63,605 bases of DNA. Source: a virus. Taxonomy: Duplodnaviria > Caudoviricetes. Of this stretch, positions 1-8,434 are shown one piece after another (position 1 is the stretch's first letter; the number at the start of each line of letters is the position of its first letter). Position numbers and translations under genes: made by a program. A model generated the notes under the pieces. The model saw only the letters and a program-made list of their open reading frames with translations. It was not told the origin of the DNA and searched no databases. The DNA is taken from positions 1 through 63,605 of IMG/VR virus record IMGVR_UViG_3300046779_001075, one strand, 5' to 3'.

Positions 1-46
1 CTCTTTCCCTCTTTCATAATTCCAAAAGATGGCCGCATGTTATTTA
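1..46 (+). repeat. Terminal direct repeat / circular overlap, left copy
   Basis: 1-46 matches 63560-63605 at 43/46 positions. Confidence 0.9.
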
Positions 47-163
47 TTATTTATCGAAAAACCTCTGGAACCCGCTATTTTGCTTGATTCACCCCATCTT
101 TTTTGATAAACTTGCAACGCCGTATCGCCTGTTACGGACAACATGTTTTATTAGGAGAACGCT

Positions 164-862
164 ATGGGACGCCCTGCAAAGTTCAGCAACGCCGACGACC
201 TCATCAACAACTGCACCGTGAAGAACGACTGCTTCATCTGGCCCAACGCCAACCTTCCCTCACCTTTGCTCAGCCCAACCTCGCCGCTGGCACGGAAAGT
301 CGGAACCAACTCAGTACCCCGAATCCTCTTCATCCTGTGCCGATACCTCCCGGCCTCGACCCGATTGGTCAAGTGGTGCAACACACCTTTCTGTGTTAAC
401 CCGTATCACCACTCCGAGAACCGGAGCATCATGAACCGCCGACTTCGTGAGGGCACGGCGGGCGGTGCAATGAACCTGCTCCCTGAGCAAGAGTCAACGC
501 GACACCTGTTTGCTTCTGATGCTGAGTTGCTCCCGCTTCGACCCGTTGACCCGACAGTCAACCAACTCTTGGCCGCGACCGCCGCGCTCGCTGGGTTTGA
601 CGCTCGCAACCTGCCGCAGAACCGACTGATGGCTAAAGGTGTGCCTACCGCTGAAGAGGGCAAACCTGTGCTCGTCATGAAGAGTCTTGTGGAGAAGCAA
701 CAGCGTGAAGAGATCGCTGAAGCTGAAGCCACGACCGCTAAGGACGACACGGACGACTTCTGGAACGCTTTGGAGGCCAGCGTGGGTACGATGGTCGAGA
801 AGAGTAAGGAAAAAGAGGTGATCGACTACACAAAGCACCTCGCGCAGAACTCGTACCGATAA
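164..862 (+). CDS. Hypothetical protein with N-terminal HNH/His-Cys-like Zn-binding domain, probably catalytically degenerate
   Basis: DCFIWP...KWCNTPFCVNPYHH resembles the CWxW...HxCxNxxCVNPxH pattern; RBS AGGAG upstream. Confidence 0.55.
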   Translation: MGRPAKFSNADDLINNCTVKNDCFIWPNANLPSPLLSPTSPLARKVGTNSVPRILFILCRYLPASTRLVKWCNTPFCVNPYHHSENRSIMNRRLREGTAGGAMNLLPEQESTRHLFASDAELLPLRPVDPTVNQLLAATAALAGFDARNLPQNRLMAKGVPTAEEGKPVLVMKSLVEKQQREEIAEAEATTAKDDTDDFWNALEASVGTMVEKSKEKEVIDYTKHLAQNSYR

Positions 863-876
863 ACGCGAACACACAC

Positions 877-905
877 TTGACAAAGTCTAATCGGTATGGT
901 ATAAT
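877..905 (+). promoter_or_regulatory. Consensus sigma70 early promoter P1
   Basis: TTGACA-17 bp-TATAAT with TG extended -10. Confidence 0.92.
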
Positions 906-945
906 ATACCTTGGTATATTAGATTACTACTGATGTACTACGGCG

Positions 946-974
946 GAACTATCCGACACCCTGTCGGTATGTTC
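946..974. promoter_or_regulatory. 29-bp spaced palindrome, copy 1
   Basis: GAAC TAT CCGACA CCC TGTCGG TAT GTTC. Confidence 0.85.
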
Positions 975-1002
975 CAACCTCAATCCTTTATTGGAGATCA
1001 TC

Positions 1003-1317
1003 ATGAGCACAACACCCAAGCGGGTAATCTTCACCCGTGGACAACTGCTGGAGCACGAAGCTCTGGCCCGACTCTTAAAGGTGCCGGTCCGCGAGGTAAC
1101 AGAGGCGTACATGCGCTCCCTCAACGCCGCCCAGTATCACACCCCCATGACGCGCCCAAGCGTCTACGACCTACTTCAACCATTGCGTGCTCTACAGGAA
1201 GCGGAGCGTGACGGGCGTGATTTCACCCCGATCTTCTGGCACCGCACTGAGGACGGCGTGTTGCATCTAACGATGTGGGACGTGAACACATACAACATAC
1301 CACGAACACAGACTTGA
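1003..1317 (+). CDS. Hypothetical early protein
   Basis: ORF with GGAG RBS between two duplicated promoters. Confidence 0.75.
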   Translation: MSTTPKRVIFTRGQLLEHEALARLLKVPVREVTEAYMRSLNAAQYHTPMTRPSVYDLLQPLRALQEAERDGRDFTPIFWHRTEDGVLHLTMWDVNTYNIPRTQT

Positions 1318-1342
1318 CAAAGTCTAATTCCTATGGTATAAT
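1314..1342 (+). promoter_or_regulatory. Consensus sigma70 early promoter P2 (duplicate of P1)
   Basis: TTGACA-17 bp-TATAAT; about 56-bp near-identical repeat of 866-921. Confidence 0.92.
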
Positions 1343-1373
1343 ATACCTTGGTATATTAAATAGTAAGTCTACA

Positions 1374-1402
1374 GAACTTACCGACACAATGTCTTTTTGT
1401 TC
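1374..1402. promoter_or_regulatory. 29-bp spaced palindrome, copy 2
   Basis: GAAC TTA CCGACA CAA TGTCTT TTT GTTC. Confidence 0.8.
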
Positions 1403-1418
1403 TTATCAGGAGAAAGCT

Positions 1419-1652
1419 ATGACTAATTTTGACTGGCGCAGCTGCACCCACTGTGGTGACGATGTGCATGTGGAGCGGTGGAACCTTGGGTTTCATCTCT
1501 GCCTAATCTGCGGCGAAGATGCCGCAGTCTCTGATCGCGCATCTTGGTGCGTGGTGCAACCGTATGGGAAGGGCCCATACATGCTGGTGACAACTGCGTC
1601 TGCTCGTCAGACCGTGATGGACACCAATCAGAAACAAACCCGCTCAAACTAA
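1419..1652 (+). CDS. C4 zinc-finger protein, TraR/DksA-like finger
   Basis: CTHCGDDVHVERWNLGFHLCLICG matches the CxxCGxxIxxxRxxxxxxxCxxC pattern; AGGAG RBS. Confidence 0.6.
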   Translation: MTNFDWRSCTHCGDDVHVERWNLGFHLCLICGEDAAVSDRASWCVVQPYGKGPYMLVTTASARQTVMDTNQKQTRSN

Positions 1653-1674
1653 CCGACGCTATGTCGGATTGTTC
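1646..1674. promoter_or_regulatory. 29-bp spaced palindrome, copy 3
   Basis: AAAC TAA CCGACG CTA TGTCGG ATT GTTC; contains the upstream stop codon. Confidence 0.85.
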
Positions 1675-1697
1675 AACCTACCTATCTAGGAAATCAA

Positions 1698-2780
1698 ATG
1701 TCTTCTAAAGAACTCTCTTTCACCCGCCGTGTCAACTTCACGGAGACTGTGGACTTGCTACTCAACGCTGGCCACAATTCAATACACCTTACTGGCGAAC
1801 CGGGCGTGGGTAAAACCGCGATCCAAGATGTGCTTGTGGCGAGGACAGGCTTTCACAAGGTGTACATCGACGGCCCCAACACCGATGTGGGTCAAGCTGG
1901 CATGCCAATCCCGAACCATGAGTCGCGTACTCTGGACTTCTACCCTGCCGCCAACTATCGACTGCACACCAACGAGCCGTGCGTCATCATGATTGACGAG
2001 TGGACAAAGACTGACGACTATGTGCGTAACACACTGCACCCGCTGTTGCACGAGCGCCGACTTGGTGACTTCAACTTGCACCCCGAGACTATCGTCTTTA
2101 CTACGGGCAACATGGACAGCGATGGCGTGGGCGACAGTGCCAAGGCACACACTCGCAACCGTCAGACATGGCTGACATACATGAAGCCGAGCGCTGACGA
2201 GTGGTTGGTGTGGGCGGGCAATGCGGGCGTGGCTCCCGAGATCATGGCGTGGGTGAAAGAGTATCCGCACTGCATGGCGTCGTACATGGACGGCGGTCAG
2301 AAGGACAACCCGTACATCTTCAACCCATCGGACGCATCGCAGATTGCGTTTGTCTCGCCGCGTTCGTTGTACAAAGCGTCGCACTGGGTCAATGTGCGTC
2401 AACGCATTTCAGAGAATAGCTTGATCGCATCGCTGGACGGCACGATCGGCTTCTCTGCATCGCGGGACTTGCAAGCGTACATCGCCTTGGCTGACCAGCT
2501 GCCAACTCGCGAAGCCATTGAGTCGTCGCCCGATACCGCGCACATCCCGACCAGCCCTGCGGCTCTGTGCATCCTTGCGTTCAAGGGTGTGGCTGTGTGT
2601 ACTCGTGAGTCGTTCGCTGTGTGGCTGCGCTACATCAAGCGTATGCCTAAAGAAACACAAGCTGTGTTCATCAACTCCCTCCTTGAGATCAAGGACAAGA
2701 AGCAGTGGGCGATGGCGCACCCATCGTTCGTGTCGTGGGCTCGCGAGAACCAGTACATGTTTGCTGGACTCAAGGGCTAA
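1698..2780 (+). CDS. MoxR-like AAA+ ATPase
   Basis: Walker A GEPGVGKT, Walker B IMIDE, sensor-1 TTGN, SPRS sensor-2; nearby VWA gene. Confidence 0.88.
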   Translation: MSSKELSFTRRVNFTETVDLLLNAGHNSIHLTGEPGVGKTAIQDVLVARTGFHKVYIDGPNTDVGQAGMPIPNHESRTLDFYPAANYRLHTNEPCVIMIDEWTKTDDYVRNTLHPLLHERRLGDFNLHPETIVFTTGNMDSDGVGDSAKAHTRNRQTWLTYMKPSADEWLVWAGNAGVAPEIMAWVKEYPHCMASYMDGGQKDNPYIFNPSDASQIAFVSPRSLYKASHWVNVRQRISENSLIASLDGTIGFSASRDLQAYIALADQLPTREAIESSPDTAHIPTSPAALCILAFKGVAVCTRESFAVWLRYIKRMPKETQAVFINSLLEIKDKKQWAMAHPSFVSWARENQYMFAGLKG

Positions 2781-2807
2781 ACAATCAGACAACCAGTCGG
2801 AAAGTTA
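2779..2807. promoter_or_regulatory. 29-bp spaced palindrome, copy 4
   Basis: AAAC AAT CAGACA ACC AGTCGG AAA GTTA. Confidence 0.72.
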
Positions 2808-2810
2808 ATC

Positions 2811-3047
2811 ATGAAACAGAAACAATTACCCAAGATCGGTGTCCCTGTTGCGTACAAGGGGTGCTACATAGTCCGTGTGAACGACGGCTTTGATTGTGTT
2901 GACCGCACATCTGGTCGTTGGATACATCTGCCTGATGCACGGCGGGCGAAGTGGAACGCGACAGTCTGGTCACGCCTGAGTGATGAGTTCGGTGGCTCAT
3001 CCATTCGTGTCTTTACACCTGAGCAGGTGTTGGAGGGACTGAAGTGA
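2811..3047 (+). CDS. Hypothetical protein
   Basis: ORF in tightly packed operon. Confidence 0.65.
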   Translation: MKQKQLPKIGVPVAYKGCYIVRVNDGFDCVDRTSGRWIHLPDARRAKWNATVWSRLSDEFGGSSIRVFTPEQVLEGLK

Positions 3048-3235
3048 CAACATACGAAGACCCAAGAGACACAGCACTGCGGATGGTGAGTATGTACAAG
3101 CACAGCAAGTACACACCAGAGGAGCGAGCGACAGACCATGCGTTTTCGTATGACAGCAACAGCTCGCAACGCAAGTTCTGGCTCGCAGTCCTCAACCACA
3201 TCAACCAACCGAAGGGTAGAAATGAAAACTTTTGA
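3044..3235 (+). CDS. Hypothetical protein
   Basis: GTGA overlap with upstream stop; GGAGG RBS. Confidence 0.65.
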   Translation: MTTYEDPRDTALRMVSMYKHSKYTPEERATDHAFSYDSNSSQRKFWLAVLNHINQPKGRNENF

Positions 3236-3392
3236 GGTGGAACTACAACGCACCAGCTATGTCACCGTAACGGTGGAGGCTGAGAACGAAGACGATGCCG
3301 AGGCGCTTGCGTGGAAAAAGATCGAGCAAGACTGCGTCAACATCAACGACTCCCACTGGAGTCTCGAATCAATCGAGGAGGTGTTCTCGTGA
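3222..3392 (+). CDS. Small acidic protein, DpnD/PcfM-like
   Basis: MKTFEVELQRTSYVTVTVEAENEDDAE pattern. Confidence 0.55.
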   Translation: MKTFEVELQRTSYVTVTVEAENEDDAEALAWKKIEQDCVNINDSHWSLESIEEVFS

Positions 3393-3490
3393 AACCCTAC
3401 TTCACTTATGCAGAGACAGCATGGCGTGTTGCTTTGCTGGTGTTCTTAATCACAGTCCTACTGTTGGACTTATTTGTCTGGAGACCATGA
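3389..3490 (+). CDS. 33-aa membrane peptide (not in ORF track)
   Basis: GTG start after GGAGG; MKPYFTYAETAWRVALLVFLITVLLLDLFVWRP; overlaps both neighbours by 4 nt. Confidence 0.65.
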   Translation: MKPYFTYAETAWRVALLVFLITVLLLDLFVWRP

Positions 3491-3696
3491 TGGAATTTAC
3501 ATTGACAGAAATGTGGCTGATCGTGTGGGCGATAGCCGCTACTGCCTACGCGCTCAAGTTCCGCGAGGAAGCGAAGATGGTTAAGCATTTGCTCAAAGCA
3601 ATGCTCAGAGACCAAGTTGTGTACGACCGGATGAAAGCTGACCACGACACATTCATGAAGGAGATGAAAGATGCTGAAACCCAGAATGCCCGCTGA
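3487..3696 (+). CDS. Small protein with N-terminal hydrophobic helix
   Basis: MMEFTLTEMWLIVWAIAATAYALK; GGAG RBS. Confidence 0.65.
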   Translation: MMEFTLTEMWLIVWAIAATAYALKFREEAKMVKHLLKAMLRDQVVYDRMKADHDTFMKEMKDAETQNAR

Positions 3697-4912
3697 AAAG
3701 CGGATTGAGTTGGTGCATGTGAGCCTGATGCGAGCGCCAGAGTTTGCTCTGTTCGCGGGCCTGTTCATGGTGGGCAAGACCACTGTGGAAGACCTGCCGA
3801 TCACTGCGGCTACCAACGGGCGTGACGCACGATACGGGCGTGGCTTTGTGGATACGCTGACTGACAAAGAGTTAGCCTTTCTCATCATGCACGAGAACAT
3901 GCACAAGTGCTATCGACACCTGACCACATGGCGATCTCTGTATGATAGAGATAGGCGCGTGGCTAACCAAGCGTGCGACTATGTCATCAACATACAACTG
4001 TTGGACATGGACCCAGACGGCAAGCTACTGCACATGCCCAAGGACAAGAACACCGGTGCTGTGCTCGGGTTGGTGGACGCTCGCTTCCGTGGTATGGACA
4101 CACGGCAGGTGTTTGACATCTTGATGCAAGAGAAGCAAGATGGCGGTGGCGGCGGTGGTGATGGCGAGGGCGGCGGCGAACAATCAGACGGCGAGTCGGA
4201 TAGTTCAGGCGGGCTTGACCAACACGATTGGGAAGATGCTGTCAACGGCATGAGCAAGGAAGAGCAAGAGCAACTCGGGCGTGACATTGACCAAGCGTTG
4301 CGGCAAGGCGGTATCTATGCTGGCAAGGTTGGCGGCAACATGCCCCGTGAGATCGGTGAACTGCTCAAGCCCAAGGTCAACTGGCGTGAAGTCTTGCGTC
4401 GGTTCGTGCGTACTTCGCTCAAAGACCGTGACTCTGTGTCTTGGCGTAGGGCGCATAAGAACTACCTTTGGCAAGATGTGATTCTGCCGAGCATCATGGG
4501 CAAGCGGGTCAAGTCGCTGGTCATTGCGATGGACACATCGGGTTCGATACAGGGCCCGATACTGACTGAGTTCCTATCAGAGATGAACGCCATCGTGCGT
4601 GACATCGGTGCTGATCGCATTGATGTGCTGTATTGGGATACGGAGGTGGCTGGACACGAGACCTACAAGGGTACGAACAAGGACATCGTGCACCGTACTA
4701 ACCCTAGAGGTGGTGGTGGCACTGACCCTGACTGCGTGGTGGACTTCATGCACGAGCACGAACTCAAGCCTGATGCGCTCATCATGCTGACGGACGGCTA
4801 CATGCACAGTAACAAACCCAAGTGGGCTGCGATCAAAGCGCCGACTCTGTGGTGCGTGATTGGCAACGATAGCTACCAAGTTCCCAATGGCCAGAAGTTA
4901 AACATCAACTGA
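3671..4912 (+). CDS. HExxH metallopeptidase-like plus VWA domain protein (DUF2201-type)
   Basis: TAATNG, HENMH, acidic/Gly linker, MIDAS DTSGS, GGGGT, MLTDG. Confidence 0.9.
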   Translation: MLKPRMPAEKRIELVHVSLMRAPEFALFAGLFMVGKTTVEDLPITAATNGRDARYGRGFVDTLTDKELAFLIMHENMHKCYRHLTTWRSLYDRDRRVANQACDYVINIQLLDMDPDGKLLHMPKDKNTGAVLGLVDARFRGMDTRQVFDILMQEKQDGGGGGGDGEGGGEQSDGESDSSGGLDQHDWEDAVNGMSKEEQEQLGRDIDQALRQGGIYAGKVGGNMPREIGELLKPKVNWREVLRRFVRTSLKDRDSVSWRRAHKNYLWQDVILPSIMGKRVKSLVIAMDTSGSIQGPILTEFLSEMNAIVRDIGADRIDVLYWDTEVAGHETYKGTNKDIVHRTNPRGGGGTDPDCVVDFMHEHELKPDALIMLTDGYMHSNKPKWAAIKAPTLWCVIGNDSYQVPNGQKLNIN

Positions 4913-4922
4913 GGAGATAGAA

Positions 4923-5165
4923 ATGGATGATGAAGTTTTGTTGTGCATAGGCACAAGCCGAGTGGTGATGTCACCAGAGGAAGCGTTCAAGATATGTGCA
5001 GCTGTCAATGGCTCGTCGCGTATTGGTGCGCGTTGGACTAACGGCGGGAATGTGGAGACCCTGCAACCGCCATCTATGGATTCGTTCATAGCGTTCGTTG
5101 TCCCGTTCACGGGCCATATGCTAATGACACTGGATGCAAATGAGAAATCTGTGAAAGGAAAATGA
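4923..5165 (+). CDS. Hypothetical protein
   Basis: GAGGAG RBS; operon packing. Confidence 0.65.
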   Translation: MDDEVLLCIGTSRVVMSPEEAFKICAAVNGSSRIGARWTNGGNVETLQPPSMDSFIAFVVPFTGHMLMTLDANEKSVKGK

Positions 5166-5166
5166 A

Positions 5167-5340
5167 ATGAAACAGCAACAACAGCAGCCGGGTTACAGCG
5201 TGACCCTTAACAAAGAAACATACGACCTGCTCATGTCAGTCAAGGGTAGCCTTGTCGAGCAGCTGGGCTTCGAGCCCACCAACGGCCAAGTGGTACGCCA
5301 CCTGATCGCCGTCTTCCACATCTACAGTAGCGCAAACTAA
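5167..5340 (+). CDS. 57-aa ribbon-helix-helix-like DNA-binding protein (not in ORF track)
   Basis: YSVTLNKETYDLLMSVK...PTNGQVVRHLI fits strand-helix-helix RHH pattern; AAGGA RBS. Confidence 0.55.
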   Translation: MKQQQQQPGYSVTLNKETYDLLMSVKGSLVEQLGFEPTNGQVVRHLIAVFHIYSSAN

Positions 5341-5362
5341 CCGACAGTTTGTCGCAATGTTC
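5334..5362. promoter_or_regulatory. 29-bp spaced palindrome, copy 5
   Basis: AAAC TAA CCGACA GTT TGTCGC AAT GTTC. Confidence 0.85.
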
Positions 5363-5373
5363 AGGAGCATCCT

Positions 5374-5565
5374 ATGCCTTTAATTGTCATAGCGGGCACG
5401 GTCAAATATCGCCGCCCAAAGAAACACGAACTGCCTGTGATCGGCAGGTTGTATCAGAGCAACGAAATCTACAAGCGCAAGGAGCGCGAGAAACAAAGTT
5501 CGGAATTGTCCGAGCACATGTCTGTATTGCAAGTCGCTTTATTGAAAGGAAAAGATCATGTCTAA
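5374..5565 (+). CDS. Hypothetical protein
   Basis: AGGAG RBS directly after palindrome copy 5. Confidence 0.6.
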   Translation: MPLIVIAGTVKYRRPKKHELPVIGRLYQSNEIYKRKEREKQSSELSEHMSVLQVALLKGKDHV

Positions 5566-6571
5566 CACAGCAGGTGTGCCACACCTAAACTCATTCGCCG
5601 AGGCCAAGCGCCGGTACGAGAACACAAAGCCCATCCGTGGACATGCAGAGAAGGTGCGTCCCTTGGGTATCCGTCGTCACCACCGCATGGCGAGCGTAGC
5701 TATGCCTGACGCTGACACAGTTGTGTTCAGCTACTACGGCAAGCCGTTCGTTACTTGGCACTCAGACAACACATTCACCGTTACCAACAGCGTGTATCAG
5801 TCCGCGTATACGGCCAAGCATCTGTCGTACTTCCTACCCCGTCAGTGGTACACGGATTGGGTGAACTGCTCGATGGTGTTGCGTAACTTCAGCAGCCGGT
5901 ACCACATTCCACACAACGCCGCTTACAAGTTCGCCCCTGTGGGTGATAACTTTGATTTGGTTGATAAGCCTGTGGCTTACGCCATACGAAAGAAACGCAA
6001 TGGCCTTAAGCATGAGCTCGCTAAGTACGAGCCGTTCCTTGACTGGCTAACCGTAGTCTCATCTGTCTCTAACGAGGTGGAGAATGTTGAGGGTGAACAC
6101 GCTCTCAATGTGTTGCGTGAAGCCGCAGGTCTGCGTCCGCACGAGTGGTACACACAGCGTAGGGCCAAGTACCTAAGTTCGGGAGTTCCCTATGACCATG
6201 CCGATAAATCTATCAACGACTGGTACGCAAGCGAGTCATTACCCATGACCTTCAATGCTACATACAGCAAGCAGCATCGGTTTCACACGCCCACCTGCTC
6301 CCTCTTACTTGATTGGGTGAGCGGCGCTGACGCTGATAAGTGGGTGCATGCCATGCAGATTATCTCGGCTAGGGCTGGTGCACATCAGTGGCGCAAGGGC
6401 GAGGGCTACATATGGCGGCTGTCTGTTGACCAAGCCAAAGAGTACCTGAATGCGTTAGCCCTGCATGTGCACCGCGACACAGCGTTTTACTTTGAGCCAC
6501 TGCCCACGGGTGAGTTGGCTCCACGCACCAACACTCGGTACTTCCAAGTGTATGAAATTTCTTCAACCTGA
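5558..6571 (+). CDS. Hypothetical protein (337 aa)
   Basis: Long ORF with RBS; no motif recognised. Confidence 0.8.
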   Translation: MSNTAGVPHLNSFAEAKRRYENTKPIRGHAEKVRPLGIRRHHRMASVAMPDADTVVFSYYGKPFVTWHSDNTFTVTNSVYQSAYTAKHLSYFLPRQWYTDWVNCSMVLRNFSSRYHIPHNAAYKFAPVGDNFDLVDKPVAYAIRKKRNGLKHELAKYEPFLDWLTVVSSVSNEVENVEGEHALNVLREAAGLRPHEWYTQRRAKYLSSGVPYDHADKSINDWYASESLPMTFNATYSKQHRFHTPTCSLLLDWVSGADADKWVHAMQIISARAGAHQWRKGEGYIWRLSVDQAKEYLNALALHVHRDTAFYFEPLPTGELAPRTNTRYFQVYEISST

Positions 6572-6598
6572 ACAATCAGACATTGTGTCGGATAGTTT
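6570..6598. promoter_or_regulatory. 29-bp spaced palindrome, copy 6
   Basis: GAAC AAT CAGACA TTG TGTCGG ATA GTTT. Confidence 0.85.
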
Positions 6599-6623
6599 TA
6601 CCAACCGTTCTAAGGAGAACACC

Positions 6624-7502
6624 ATGACAGAGAATACTATGATCGCCCCGCCTGTTTCGTTGTCGTCGATGGCTATGCTCATCGAACTACGGATAAGCAC
6701 ATGGACTGCGCGTAAGCGTGACAAAGACACGACCACTGCGCTTAACGAAGAGAAGGAAGCATCGCAGGATGCGAGCTCTGTGTACAAGTATCTCATGGCG
6801 GGCAGTGACCACCTTGAGAAGATCGAGAAGTACGCCGCCAAGTGCCGCAACTGGAATTCACAGCAGACACTGCCGTGGATGAAGGGCGTGGGCTTGCTGC
6901 CGATGGACAACTTCTTTTCGTACCGCGAGCAGCTGGGCACGATGGAGGCCAACTTCAACGCGCTAGTCTCCGACTTCATTGTGGCGTACCCCAACCTTGT
7001 CAGCACACAAGCCTTCAAGTTGGGTAAGTACTTCAACGCTGACGAGTTCCCTGATGTTGCGTCGTTACCGCGCAGGTTCAAGTTCGAGTACAACTTTCTC
7101 CCTGTACCAGAGAAGGGTGACTTCCGCTTGCAGTGCGAAGAGCGTGTGCGTCTGGACTTGGCAGAGCAGTACGAGAAGATGTACAACAACAAGTTGGCCG
7201 AGGCCATGCGTGACCCGTGGGAGAGACTGCACGAGTTGCTACTCAAGATGAGTGAGACACTGACTGACTCACCTGATGGCAAGCGCCGCGTGTTCCGTGA
7301 CACCATCGTGACCAACGCTGTCGGCCTGTGCGACTTGCTGTCACGGCTGAATGTAACCAACGACCCGAAGCTGGAAGAGGCTCGCCGTATGCTGGAGAAA
7401 TCGGTTGTCAACCTTGACGCTGATGACCTCCGCAAAATCCCAAGCGCCCGTGCTGAACTGAAGAACAGCGTGGACGACATCATCAACAAATTCAACTGGT
7501 AA
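6624..7502 (+). CDS. DUF3150-like protein
   Basis: MLIELRISTWTARKRD start, TLPW...LLP, FPDVASLPRRFKF; family co-occurs with MoxR/VWA; TAAGGAG RBS. Confidence 0.65.
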   Translation: MTENTMIAPPVSLSSMAMLIELRISTWTARKRDKDTTTALNEEKEASQDASSVYKYLMAGSDHLEKIEKYAAKCRNWNSQQTLPWMKGVGLLPMDNFFSYREQLGTMEANFNALVSDFIVAYPNLVSTQAFKLGKYFNADEFPDVASLPRRFKFEYNFLPVPEKGDFRLQCEERVRLDLAEQYEKMYNNKLAEAMRDPWERLHELLLKMSETLTDSPDGKRRVFRDTIVTNAVGLCDLLSRLNVTNDPKLEEARRMLEKSVVNLDADDLRKIPSARAELKNSVDDIINKFNW

Positions 7503-7513
7503 GAAAGCAACAC

Positions 7514-8380
7514 ATGGCAAACTTTGTAAACATCCGTCTGCCCGAAGACAAACTACTCGACCCCGAACTGAAGAAGATCGTGGATAAGCTAGCAATAGAC
7601 AACCCTAAGTGGGTGTTCACTGCGTCGAAGCGTGGCAACTCTTACGCTCGTGGTGTCAGCTACACCACGCTGACCAGCCAACCTATTGCGCCTGACGGCT
7701 TCACCTTTGTGCGTGTGGTCGATGTGTCGTGCGACTCAGAACTCTTGGGCGGGGTGTATGTCGATAGCTTCTACGGACGCAATGCCACGCAGAGTTGGCG
7801 GTACAACATCAAGTGCTGGCGTGTCACGAAGGAGCGCGGCGCTAGAGATACAACCAGCACCACCAAGGCAGATGTAGCCCTACGCCACATCAAGAAGTTG
7901 TTCAAGCCGATGGACTACGCAGAGACTATGGTTCATGCAGTGGCGGCAGTGGAGGGAGGTTTCAACGATGCGTTGCGTGCGTTGAGAGACCCTATCCGCG
8001 CCATGCGGTTAGTCAAAAGCACTGCGGCCTTGCAAGCATACGCTTTGTCGAAAGCCCTTGGCGAGCCCGTTGTGTCGCCCGACTTGATAGAGATCGAGCG
8101 TACACTGCAGTCGGACTCGTACAAGCAAGCTATGGCCGAGTACTTCTTGTCGGAAGACATGATGAAGCTGTACGGCACGGACAAGCTGCGCGTAGTGGTG
8201 GCGTTGGGTGACAACCGATACCTGCACAGGAACGATGCCGAGTTGATCGCGTCTGACTTTGACAAGCTGCCCGAGCGTATGCAGAACCACATCAGTGTTC
8301 TACACCTGATGCAGGACAACGAGATCGTGCGCGATGTCGGCTTCAGATACAACGATACACACTTCTATGTAATAGTGTAA
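7514..8380 (+). CDS. Hypothetical protein (288 aa)
   Basis: Long ORF ending before terminator. Confidence 0.8.
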   Translation: MANFVNIRLPEDKLLDPELKKIVDKLAIDNPKWVFTASKRGNSYARGVSYTTLTSQPIAPDGFTFVRVVDVSCDSELLGGVYVDSFYGRNATQSWRYNIKCWRVTKERGARDTTSTTKADVALRHIKKLFKPMDYAETMVHAVAAVEGGFNDALRALRDPIRAMRLVKSTAALQAYALSKALGEPVVSPDLIEIERTLQSDSYKQAMAEYFLSEDMMKLYGTDKLRVVVALGDNRYLHRNDAELIASDFDKLPERMQNHISVLHLMQDNEIVRDVGFRYNDTHFYVIV

Positions 8381-8397
8381 CGATCGCCAACCAACAC

Positions 8398-8424
8398 AGA
8401 CCCGCTTCGGCGGGTCTTTTTTTT
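8398..8424 (+). terminator. Rho-independent terminator ending early region
   Basis: AGACCCGC-TTCG-GCGGGTCT plus T run. Confidence 0.93.
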
Positions 8425-8434
8425 GTCTATACTA

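Noticed and set aside
5491-5515. Tenth copy of the 29-bp palindrome (AAACAAAGTTCGGAATTGTCCGA)
   Set aside because: Lies in a coding region and lacks the CCGACA-N3-TGTCGG core and spacing
6563-7513. 316-aa antisense ORF (and similar ones at 15951, 18871, 29504, 56433)
   Set aside because: Mirror frames of strongly codon-biased real genes; no RBS or protein motifs
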